Assembly (NCBI GenBank): GCA_030770535.1 | Contig: JASVEC010000105.1 | Coordinates: 1-56,974 of the forward strand | DNA: 56,974 nucleotides | Direction: 5' to 3' | Origin: Batkoa obscura | Taxonomy: Eukaryota | Part shown: piece by piece, positions 1 through 11,348 of the stretch | Numbering within the stretch: position 1 is the stretch's first letter | Layout: every line of letters begins with the position of its first letter | Position numbers and translations under genes: made by a program | Notes under the pieces: model-generated | The model's database searches: none | What the model was told of the DNA's origin: nothing | The model's input: the letters and a program-made list of their open reading frames with translations, nothing else

Positions 1-201
1 TTTTATCTTTTTTTGGTAATAAAAATAAGTTTTTTTGACTTTATTTACTATTAGTTTTTTATCTATTGTAAAGATTTAAATTGAGAACTCTTTTATATAA
101 GAAATTACTTGAACAAATAACACATATTTGATAAGCTATAAAACAAAAGCTTTTATTTGGTTTTTATATTAATTATTTAAATATAAAGCTGATAATATAG
201 G

Positions 202-397
202 TATGAGGATGTTTTTTTATTTCATTACTTTTTCCATTTTTTTAAGCATCATTTGGGTGGAAAGATTGTTGGTAAAATTTTGAACAAAAAAACATATGGG
301 GATGTATTTTTGTATTTGAGAATTTTACTAACAATTCTTCTACCCAAATAACGCTTAAAGATGAAAAAATAATGAAGCCAAAAAAAACATCCCCATA
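202..397. mobile_element. Two abutting ~100-bp MITE copies in opposite orientations (202..294 with truncated end; 295..397 complete)
   Basis: TATGGGGATGT...ACATCCCCATA terminal inverted repeats on 295..397; shared core TTTCCATTTTTTAAGC..TTT..GTGGAAAGATTGTT.GTAAAATT recurring through the window. Confidence 0.85.
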
Positions 398-419
398 TCC
401 TTATATGTAATTTGACTTT

Positions 420-870
420 TTTGAAGTTTGAATGAGGTTATTTTAAGCCACTTTGTTTTGGCGTTAACAACTTTATTTTTGATGCTAATACATAAATCAA
501 AACAAATAAAAACCAGATTATTTTAGCCTATAGTTATTAATACTGATATGTCTTATTTCTTTAAAAAAATTGCATCAACTTGAATTTTTTTATAAAACTT
601 TAAACACACTGGTATTCCTTCCTAACTTTTCAAAAGTACCATTGGAGTGTTTAATAATTTTATTAGAATGTCCTGGCCAAGGTGATCTCTGGATTAGGTT
701 AGATTCTATAACGTTTGGTTCAGTGTGGATATTTGAAATGTCTAATCAAAAACCGTTGTAGTACTTTTATTTATTCTTATCTATAAGTTTTATCAATTTT
801 ATTTTTAGATAAAGCTCTTAATCTCAAATTTCTTAAAATAAATAAAATCAGAACATCTGACATTTATTAA
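420..870 (+). pseudogene. Decayed duplicate of the 3' end of the hypothetical gene at 44162..46642
   Basis: ORF 570..761 reads FSKVPLECLIILLECPGQGDL vs FSTILLECLAILAECHDQNDL in ORF 44162..44590. DNA aligns with the reverse complement of ~44165..44430 (weaker to ~44580), including the last GT..AG intron and ttag(a/t)taaagctc. Frameshifts and stops are present. Confidence 0.8.
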
Positions 871-1018
871 ATTCTAAAATAGAATCTTAAAAAAGTGTTG
901 GAACACCTACAAGCTTGAAAAAAAAGCTATATAAACTTGAAAAGAGAATGATATATAACTTTAAACAAAACAAAAATTAGCTATCTTAGATTTATATAGT
1001 TTTAAAAAAAATGTAATA

Positions 1019-4000
1019 ATGACCAATTCTACTACTCGAAGTCAGGAAACATTAGTAAAAATATTTCACAATTTAAAGAGTAAATCCGAAGATACTCGAA
1101 ATAAAGCGGGGATGTATTACGGGAATTTTATGATGAAGTAAGTCAAGATTGTCTACCTTCTACATTTACTGAAATTGAACGAGATATTAATATTCGAATT
1201 ACGGATTTAATAAAAAGTAATGACATTAATGAGAAACTAGGTGGTATTCAAGCGATTAATAAAATCATTGAAAATAATACAGAAATAACTTTTCCTCATA
1301 AAGTACGTTATATCAATAGTTTGAAGTTAGCTTTACCTTGTAACGATGAAAAAGTGATGATATTAGCGGCTAAAACTTTAGGCAAACTAGCAGTGTCTGG
1401 CGAAATTACAATGACTACTCATTTAGAAGGAGAAATCAAAAAATGTATTGAATGGTTACAAAGTACAGAACGTTTTGAATCTAGAAGACATGCAGCTGTT
1501 TTAATGATCAAAGAAATTTCTCAAAGTGCTCCTACATTGATGTATGAATATGTTTCATCAATCCTAGATTCGATTTGGGTCGCTTTAAGAGATATCAAAA
1601 TCAACATCCGAGTTTCTGGATCTGAAGCTTTAACCTCATGTTTAAAAATAATATTACAAAGAGAATCCCAACATAAAAAAGCTTGGTATTCAAAGATACT
1701 TGAAGGTGTACAAAAGGGGTTAAAAATGAATACTTTAGAAAGCATTCATGGTTCATTTTTAGCTTTAAAAGAGTTATTGATTGACTCAGGTATGTTTATG
1801 AAAGAATATTATCAAGAAGCTTGTGAGATAGTATTGAGATATAAAGATCATCGAGAGTTATTAATTAGAAATTCAGTGGTTTCATTGATACCTTTACTTG
1901 CCAGTTATAATCCGAAAGAGTTTTCAGAACATTATTTACAAAAGATTATGCTATTTTTGTTAACCCAATTGCAAAAAGAAAAAGAAAGGGTATTAGCGTT
2001 TTCGGCTATTGGAGAAGTATCAATTGCTGTTGGAAATAAAATTACACCATTTGTAGATTCCATAGTTCAAAATATTAAAGAATCTTTAGCTAATAAAAGT
2101 ATCAAAGGCAAAGGTACTGCTGAAGCTCCTGTTTTTCATTGTATTAGTAATCTTTCTTCTGCTGCCGGGCCATCATTAAGTAGACATTCAACACAACTAT
2201 TGGACCTAATCTTCTCATATGGAATGCATGACTCACTTCATCAAACTTTAGTTGATTTAGTACATAATATACCAAGTTTATTGATACCTATTCAAAGCAG
2301 ATTATTAAATAGTATATCAATTATATTAAGTGGTCAGCAATATATACCTCCAGGAGCACCTAATCAAAGACAAAGTTCAAATGTAACTACAATAAGAGAT
2401 TATTCTACAATAGATCCTAATGAAATCGAGACTATCATTATGGCATTAAATTCATTAGGTTCTTTTGATTTTAGTGGTCATCTCTTAAGTGAATTTGTTA
2501 GAGATTGTCTTTTGCCTTTCTTAGATTGGGATGATGTTGAAGTTAGGAAATCAGCTGCTTTGACTTGTTGTAAAATATTGCTTAAAGATCCAGTATGTTA
2601 TCAAACGAGTATGTATGCTATTGAAGTAATGAATGAAATTTTAGTCAAATTATTAAGTGCTGGCATTGCAGATCCAGAGTTTGAAGTTCGACAAACAGTA
2701 TTATCTAATTTACAAGATAATTTTAACCTTCATCTATCCCAAGCAAATAATATACGTTATCTTTTTATGGCTTTAAGTGATGAAGTTTTTACTATTCGTA
2801 AAACAGCTATGGCTATTATTGGTAGATTATCAAATCATAATCCAGCTTATATTGTTCCTTCTTTAAGAAAAATATTAATTCAACTTTTAACTAATCTTGA
2901 ATATTCGGATAGTAGTCGTATTAAAGAAGAGAGTGCTATATTAATAAGTATATTAGTTAAATCTGCTCAATCTTTTGTAAAGCCATATATACAGCCCATT
3001 GTAGATGTGTTACAAACCAAAGTCCATAATACAAATCCATCAGTTGTAGCTAGTGTTTTGAAAGCTATTGGAGAATTAGCTCAAGTTGGTGGGGAGCAAT
3101 TAACTTCTTATTTAGATAACATGATGCCTTTGATTATTGATACTTTACAAGATCAATCATCCATTCTGAAACGTAATGCTGCCCTTAAAACCTTAGGTCA
3201 ACTAACTGGAAATACTGGATATGTGATTGACCCTTATATTAAGTATCCTAATTTATTAGGAATCTTAGTTGGCATCCTTAAAAGAGAACAATCAAATAGT
3301 ATAAGAAGAGAAACCATTAAAGTAATGGGAATTTTAGGTGCTTTAGATCCATATCAACATAAAATGGATAAACCAGAATCTGAGGAGCCAATTGGAGGAA
3401 ATAAGGATACAAGTACAGACTTACATTTAGTTATGATGGGTATTGGGCCATCTTCAGAAGATTATTACCCCACTGTTGTTGTCCATGCACTCATAAAAAT
3501 TTTAAAAGATCCATCTTTAACTCCAAATTACACTTCAGTTATTACAGCATTTATGCATCTATTTAAAGCTTTAGGTTTGAAATGTGTATCATTTTTGCCA
3601 CAAATTATCCCCATTTATCTATCTACCATTCGTAATAGTCCAGCTGGTAGTTATGAATTTTATTTTCAACAATTAGGTACAATGGTTTCTATTGTTAAAC
3701 AGCATATTCGAAATTATTTGAAAGATATTTTTAGCTTAATTCAAGAATTTTGGAATTCAACTGCAAGTATTCAACGTACTCTAATTACTCTTATAAAATC
3801 CATCTCTTCAGCTTTAGGTGGTGATTTCAAAATGTACATCTCTACTTTCTTATCGGATATGCTTCATGTCATTGAAAATAATGCTATTGATAAACCAATC
3901 TTATGTGTTCATGTTTTGGAAGCTTTTAATTCATTTGGTAACTCAGTCGAAGAAGTATCTCATTTGATAATACCTGTAGTAATAAAACCTATTGAACATC

Positions 4001-7000
4001 CAGATACATCGATAGCTGTCAAGAAATCAGCTTTATTAGCCTTGGCTCAATTATGTAAAAGTTCTACTTGTGTAGATCTTGCTTCTTCTATTATACATCC
4101 ATTAGCTCGTATTCTTTCTAACATACCAATGGAACTTAAATCAAATGTTATGGATGTGTTGTGTATCTTGGCTTATCAATTAGGCAATGATTATGCTATA
4201 TTTGTACCTTTAATAAGTAAAGTAATTACTAAAAATCGTCTTCAACATAGTGGTTATGATTCATTAGTTGGTAAAATTTTAAGAAATGAAACTATTACTC
4301 CAGATTTATTAGCTATAAATGAAAATAGGTAATTTAATTTATATATTAGGAAAAAAATGATATATTTATAATTTATATTTATATTTATATTTATAATTTA
4401 TATTTATAATTTATAATTTATAATTTATAATTTATAATTTATAATTTATAATTTATAATTTATAATTTATATTTATATTTATATCTATATTTATATTTAA
4501 TAGTATAAACGATGATAATTTAGAAGAAAATCCATTAAGTGAAATTGCAGGTTTCAAAAAAGTACCTGTAAATGAAGGGCATCTTAAAAAAGCATGGGAA
4601 GCCTATCAAAAATCAACAAAAGATGATTGGATAGAATGGATACGTCGGTTGAGTATCGAACTTATCAGAGAATCACCTTCACCTGCCCTTAGAGCTTGTG
4701 CTAATTTAGCAAACAATTATCCACCTTTAGCTAGAGATTTGTTTAATGCAGCTTTTGTATCTTGTTGGACAGAACTTCCAGATACTTATCAAGATGAGCT
4801 TGTACGTTCACTTGAAACAGCTTTAGTATCACCAAATATAACTTCAGAAATTTTACAAATGTTGTTGAATTTAGCTGAGTTTATGGAACATGATGACAAA
4901 ACATTACCGATAGCTATTAAAACTTTAGGTGAATATGCAAGTCGTTGTCATTCTTTTGCTAAAGCTCTTCATTATAAAGAACTTGAATTTATATCTGAAC
5001 CTTCTACTGTTACTATTGAATCATTGATTAGGATCAATACTCAATTACAACAACCTGATGCAGCAGTTGGAATATTAAATATTGCACAGAATCATCATGA
5101 TTTAATATTGAAAGAAACATGGTATGAAAAATTAGGCAGATGGGATGATGCTTTAATAGCTTATGAAAAGAAAGAAGCAGAATCAGGAGCCTCATTCGAT
5201 GTCAATTTAGGAAAGATGCGTTGTTATCATGCACTTGGGGAATGGGATATTTTAAATGAGTTATCTAGTAAAACATGGGATGAAGGAGATGAAGAGACAA
5301 GACAAAAGATAGCACCTTTAGCTGCTGCTGCTTCATGGGGTATTGGACAATGGAATAATATTGATTCTTATATCGCTGCTATGGATCATACTCCTTCCAA
5401 CGAATCCTTTTTTAAAGCTATACTATTGGTACATAGACATCAGTTTACTCAAGCTAAACTTTATATTGAAAAATCAAGAGATCTTTTGGATAATGAACTT
5501 ACTGCTCTTATTGGTGAGAGTTTTAATAGAGCTTATAGTGTCATTATAAGAGTACAGATATTATCTGAATTGGAAGAAGTCATCGATTTTATCAACTTTA
5601 AAGAACAGCCAGAACGTCAAGCTTTGATTCGTAAGACATGGATGAAGCGTTTATTAGGATGTCAGCGTAATGTAGAGGTTTGGCAAAGAACCCTTCAAAT
5701 ACGCTCATTAGTCATATCACCAAACGAAGATGTCGATTTATGGTTGAAATTTGCCAATCTCTGTCATAAGAGCGGTCGAACTTCATTATCTGAAAAAACA
5801 ATCAAAACATTACTCAATCATCATGGACCATTCTCTGATGATGATTTACCAGATGGCTCTCCAAAGATATTATATGCTTATCTTAAACATCGTTGGGCTA
5901 CTGGATCTAAACCAAAAACACTTGAACATCTTCAAGATTTTACACAAGGATTAGCAGAAAGTTTAGGTCTTCAAAATGTGGATCAATATATGAATTTATC
6001 TACTATTTTGAGCACACAAAATAATGAAAGTCAAGAACACCTTAAATTACTTTCAAAATGTTATCATCGTCAAGGTTTATGGCATGTTGAATTACAAGAT
6101 AATTGGGATGAAGCTACCATACCACATATTCTTCACTCTTATTTTATGGCAACCCAATTTGATCCTGAACAATATAAAGCATGGCACTCGTGGGCTTTGG
6201 CTAATTTTGAAGTGATAGGTTATTTTGAACAAAAAACAGGGTCCATTAATGAGCATATTGTCACTACTCACATTGTCCCCGCAGTCCAAGGTTTCTTCCA
6301 ATCAATCAAACTTTCAAGTGGTAATTCATTACAGGATACTTTACGTCTTTTGACCCTGTGGTTTAAATATGCTCATTTGAGGGATGTTAACTTTGCTATT
6401 ACAGAGGGCTTCAATAATATAACTACAGATACTTGGTTGCAAGTAATTCCTCAACTTATTGCACGTATCCATGCCTCCAATGCTCATGTTCGTAGATTGG
6501 TTCATCATATACTTAATGAGGTTAGTAAAAAACATCCTCAAGCTTTGGTTTATCCAGTCACAGTTGCTACCAAATCACAAAGTAATTCCAGAAAGAATGC
6601 TGCAGTTTCTTTAATGGATAGAATAAAGAGTCATAGTCTTATACTTGTTGAACAAGCATTAATAGTGAGTCAAGAGTTGATTCGAGTTGCTATCCTTTGG
6701 CATGAAATGTGGTATGAAGGGCTTGAAGAAGCTTCTAGATTATATTTTGGAGATCATAACATTGAAGCTATGTTTACTACTTTGGAGCCATTACATAGAA
6801 TGCTTGAACAAGGGCCTGAAACACTTCGAGAGATTTCATTTAATCAAGCATTTGGTCGCGATTTACAAGAAGCATATGAATGGTGTCAAAGATACAAACA
6901 AACAAGAAATGTCAATGATCTTAACCAAGCATGGGATCTTTATTATCAAGTATTTAGAAGGATCAACAAGCAATTGCCTCAGCTTACCACCTTGGAGTTG

Positions 7001-8224
7001 CAGTTTGTTTCTCCTAAATTATTAGAAGCTGAGAACCTTCAATTGGCTATCCCAGGATCTTATAAGAGTGGCGAATCTTTGGTTAAAATTGCTAGCTTTT
7101 TCCCAACGCTTAATGTCATTACTTCGAAACAACGTCCTAGAAAACTTATTATTAAAGGAGATAACGGCAAGGATTATCAATACCTTCTAAAAGGACATGA
7201 GGATCTTCGTCAAGATGAAAGAGTAATGTAGCTATTCGGATTAGTTAATACCTTGCTTTCATCAGATTCGGAAACATTTAAAAGAAGACTCAGTATCGAA
7301 AGATATCCAGTCATTCCACTTTCACCAAATTCTGGTTTGATTGGTTGGTTACCACACTGTGATACTTTACATTCATTGATTAGAGATTATAGAGAAAGTC
7401 GCAAGATATTACTTAACATTGAGCACCGACTTATGCTTCAAATGGCACCTGACTATGACAATTTAGCATTACTTCAAAAGGTTGAAGTGTTTGAGTTTGC
7501 ACTTGACAATACCACAGGTCAGGATTTATACCGCGTTTTATGGCTTAAGAGTCAAAACTCGGAAGCTTGGTTGGATCGTAGAACTAATTATACACGCTCA
7601 CTTGCTTTGATGTCAATGGTAGGTTATATTTTGGGATTGGGTGATCGTCATCCTTCCAATTTAATGTTACATCGATTCTCTGGTAAAGTAAATCATATTG
7701 ATTTTGGGGATTGTTTTGAAGTAGCTATGCATCGTGATAAATTTCCAGAAAAGATTCCATTTAGACTTACACGTATGTTGACCAACGCAATGGAAGTGAG
7801 TGGTATTGAAGGTACCTTCCGTATTACATGTGAGAATGTGATGCGAGTATTAAGAGAGAATAAGGAGAGTTTAATGGCGGTGTTGGAGGCTTTTGTTTAT
7901 GATCCATTGATCAATTGGAGATTATTAACCCATCCAAGCCCTAAGCCAGAGGGAAGAAATAGAAACTCAGGTGCTGAGGAAAGACCAAGTACTTTGTCCA
8001 GGAAAAATGATGATAATCTTAATGATGATAAAACAAACAAGTCTGAGAATTTAAATCAAAGGGCTGTTACAGTTATCAATAGAGTTAATAACAAACTTTC
8101 AGGTCGTGACTTTAATCCTAATACTACCTTGGATGTACCTCAGCAGGTTCAAAAACTTATACTTCAAGCCACTTCATTAGAAAATCTTTGTCAATGCTAC
8201 ATTGGTTGGCGTGCCTTTTGGTAG
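1019..8224 (+). pseudogene. TOR: TOR kinase copy A, disrupted (exons 1019..4328 and 4504..8224; intron 4329..4503)
   Basis: ATG at 1019 ([12 protein letters not shown]). G4 at 1108..1111 vs G5 in copy B gives a frameshift. CAG>TAG at 7229..7231 after [12 protein letters not shown]. 18-bp deletion at ~8000. GWCAFW>GWRAFW at 8210. HEAT, FAT, FRB ([18 protein letters not shown]), [13 protein letters not shown] and FATC are all recognisable. Confidence 0.9.
4363..4497. repeat. Compound (TTTATA)/(TTTATAA) microsatellite filling the TOR copy A intron
   Basis: Tandem 6- and 7-mers visible directly; mirrored at ~40556..40690. Confidence 0.9.
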
Positions 8225-8758
8225 CTCACAATTTTTTTAGAGTTATAATATAGTCTAATAAAAAATTCAATCAGTATTTTATTTAATGTTGTTATTATTT
8301 GGAATGTTCGATTTAAGTCTTTTTTTTAAATAACTTTTATTCTATATTTTTTACACAACAACAATAGTTATTTAATAATTTATAGTTAAATCAAATAAAA
8401 CAAGCATTTTTAAGTATTAATTTTTAATAAATTAAAATTAAATGAAGTTTATCAGATGGAAGTTAAAAGACTGTAAAAGATAATAGGTTATTTAATATTT
8501 ACATTATATGAATAATTGTCAAAAAGTTTAGAAAATTTTATAATAAAATTATTTAAAAGCAAAAAAAAGAAGCTGTTTTAAAAATTTACTATAAATTGTA
8601 TTATATTATACAATTTTCAATTTCATAAATTATTTTTAAAATAAAAAAATTTATGTATTTTAAAATTAAATATTTAAAATAAAATTTGCTATAAAATAAA
8701 CGATTTTTTATTCCTTCAAAAGCCAATAAAAACCGATCGAACTCGTAATTGAACCAAT

Positions 8759-9448
8759 TCAATTCCCCATTTCAACCTCACATTGTTCCTGATGCAAGCA
8801 CTCGAGGAAAGATAACATCGTATTATGTCTCTTCTCTGCTAATTTAATTCCTTTCTTTGTACGCATGCCATTCCTCAACTTCAACAATTTATCATAAAAG
8901 TGAGAAATTGCAGTACCAGTTACCTCCACCTCCTTTTCAAACTCAATACTTTTATATATCTGATCTTTGCTTTGATCATATAATGGAATATCTTTAGCAC
9001 CCGAGAACGCGGCACACCTTAAGATACCAATGGCACCAATTGCATCTAATTTATCTGCATCTTGAACACAATGTAATTCTATACAAGTTTCTCTAAAATC
9101 ATCTCGAATCCCACTCGATTGATACTGTAATTCTTTACGATAACCTACACAGGAAACTAAATTAGCTACTTTGATTGCTTTATTACTGTCTAATCCGAAG
9201 CTAATTAAGACACTTTCAATATCTATAGCATTTTCTTTAGAAACATATTTAGCATCGCTGATGTCATGTAGTAATGAGCCTAATTCTATTAGTTCTAGAT
9301 CTAAATTGGGATATTCAACAGCTAAGTTTAAAGCTATTTGACGCACTCTAGTTACATGGAGCCAATCGTGAGAAGGATCATATTTCTTCATATAATCTTG
9401 AACTAAAATTTCCACTTTTTGAATGATTTCGAGGTTGGTGTTGTTCAT
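8759..9448 (-). CDS. HD-domain metal-dependent phosphohydrolase (YedJ/COG1418-like), intronless
   Basis: HDWLHVTRV, LLHDISDAKY, VQDADKLDAIGAIG and HFYDKLLKL motifs; 229-aa ORF. Confidence 0.88.
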   Translation of the reverse strand: MNNTNLEIIQKVEILVQDYMKKYDPSHDWLHVTRVRQIALNLAVEYPNLDLELIELGSLLHDISDAKYVSKENAIDIESVLISFGLDSNKAIKVANLVSCVGYRKELQYQSSGIRDDFRETCIELHCVQDADKLDAIGAIGILRCAAFSGAKDIPLYDQSKDQIYKSIEFEKEVEVTGTAISHFYDKLLKLRNGMRTKKGIKLAEKRHNTMLSFLECLHQEQCEVEMGN

Positions 9449-10309
9449 TATTGATTGTTGATAAGATTCAAAAAAAAGAAGAGATTTTTGAGTTTATTTT
9501 TATAGTTTATTTTTGTATCAAATCATAGTTGAACTTTATATTTCAATTCCATAATTAGTATATTACCTTAGTATTTAAACTTTATTTATTATACATTTAT
9601 AGAAGATTCAATTAATTAATTCTGGTTTATTATAGAATAAATATAATATTTAGTTGATTGATTAGTAATTGAATGATCGATCTTATTAAATTTGTAGTTT
9701 ATAGTTGTCTATCTATAACATTCAAAACATCGAAGTTTTCCTATATGAAATAAAATTTATAGCCCATAGCTTACAATAATCAATTTAATATTGTGATTAT
9801 TAAGGTATAATATATTGCTGTTTATTAAACTTCTTTAATACTTTAAAAAACTTAACGCTAAAATAATAGCCTCATAATTACAATTATAATAAACTAGGTT
9901 AATTATTGTATTGACGAAGTTTAATTAAACCTTTCTGTTTTCTACAACTATCAAAGGAAAGTTATTAGCATATACAATAGAAGAAAGGAGTACTTTATAA
10001 CTATAACTTAATGAGATAGAATTCAATAAAAGTTACTATTAGCAATATTACAGTTAACTTCAGATGAATTAATATCAAATCTAATATACTAACATTATTA
10101 CTTGAAATATTTAATAATATAATGACTTTTTTATAGACTATAAATTAAGTATAATATAAAATCTATTACAAATTAGAATAAAGTTAAAAACTTGACAAAG
10201 ACAAAGATAAAGACAAAGATAAAAGCAAGGTTTTAAACTGCATTAAATAAATAGCAACCAATTTTAATAACCATTTTCCCTTATTAACTTCGTTCTTACC
10301 CATCACTTA

Positions 10310-10561
10310 TCACTCATAAATTACTGTCTCCACTACTTTGGCATAACCTTTTGTTTTCTTAAATAATTTATAATTTACCACATTTTTCTTTTCTTCATTT
10401 TCACTTTCAATAATGGGACTATCTACCACAATATCTTCAAATATAACTGAAGGTCTTCTAAGTTGTGCCATCTCTTGAGTCGTTTGGGATTGTCTTTCTT
10501 CATCTTGATATTTCAGTTCATTTTTGAGCTCACGTGTGTTATAGATGATTGTAGAATTCAT
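10310..10561 (-). CDS. Small hypothetical protein (83 aa)
   Basis: AAAAATG start context; hydrophilic, charged composition unlike the AT-rich noise ORFs; RRPS basophilic kinase motif; no family recognised. Confidence 0.4.
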   Translation of the reverse strand: MNSTIIYNTRELKNELKYQDEERQSQTTQEMAQLRRPSVIFEDIVVDSPIIESENEEKKNVVNYKLFKKTKGYAKVVETVIYE

Positions 10562-11348
10562 TTTTTGATGATGTAGTATAGAAAAAGCATCAAGTTTTTG
10601 AGTAGCGATTAATTTAATTATGCTTCAATTGAGTTAAAATCCCAATAAATATCAAATGATGAGTAAAAAGTAGCCGTTTTTTTATAGCAAAAACTCAAAT
10701 CTTTGCTCAGAAGTGAAAATACAGTGAGTGTTTTAACTTAACCAACCCAATTTGAATATATTTTCAGCTTGAACTTATCTTAGCTTTCTTTGTTTTTTTT
10801 AGTACAATAAAAAAACATTTAAAGAAACTATTGGATCTTTGTAATAAAAGTAAGCTTCTCAAGGTCTATCACGCCATCTTCGAATTCAAAGGAAATGAAA
10901 TTGACCGCTATTAGAGACTTAAAGATTCTATTTAGAAATTTGTAAAGAACCATGTGTACCCTGAACTTGATCATTTTTAGTTTTTGATTGATAGAATTTT
11001 GCAAATAGAATTCTCTTTTTTTAAAGTTTTAAAAGTGAGAATTCTCAATGGGCAACTTAGTTAATGCTAAGTAAGATGGTAAAGATCGGGGGGTATCGAA
11101 ACAAATAAATAAAGAATGCTATAAGTTACAAGTATTAGAGAAACATCAATAAGCTATTCAACCTTTATTTAATTTATTAATTTTAATAAAAATTCAATGA
11201 ATATGTAATATAGATCAAATTAATAAAATAAAAGGTAGGTAACTATTGCCCAAAAAAGTAAACAATTCTACAAGTGAATTCACAACTATATCAAGGTTTA
11301 TTAAAATTTAAAATTTTAACTTTTAACTATTTTTATATTCAATACTAA

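Noticed and set aside
1521..7025. Short ORFs overlapping TOR (and their mirrors at 38028..43534)
   Set aside because: Alternative-frame or antisense shadows; they recur only because the DNA is duplicated.
7229..7231. Stop-codon readthrough, A-to-I editing or TAG reassignment rescuing TOR copy A
   Set aside because: TAG terminates TOR copy B and the 34836 tyrosinase normally; editing would give Trp, not the conserved Gln; other lesions co-occur.
1019..8224. TOR copy A as a retrocopy (identity ends at start and stop)
   Set aside because: It keeps the intron, has no poly(A) tail or TSD, and its flanks are homologous to copy B's flanks.
1..8500. Uncollapsed haplotype or chimeric fold-back read explaining the TOR repeat
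   Set aside because: Flanks are far too diverged for alleles and the neighbouring genes differ; a fold-back artefact would not stop at codon boundaries. Read-level confirmation is still needed.
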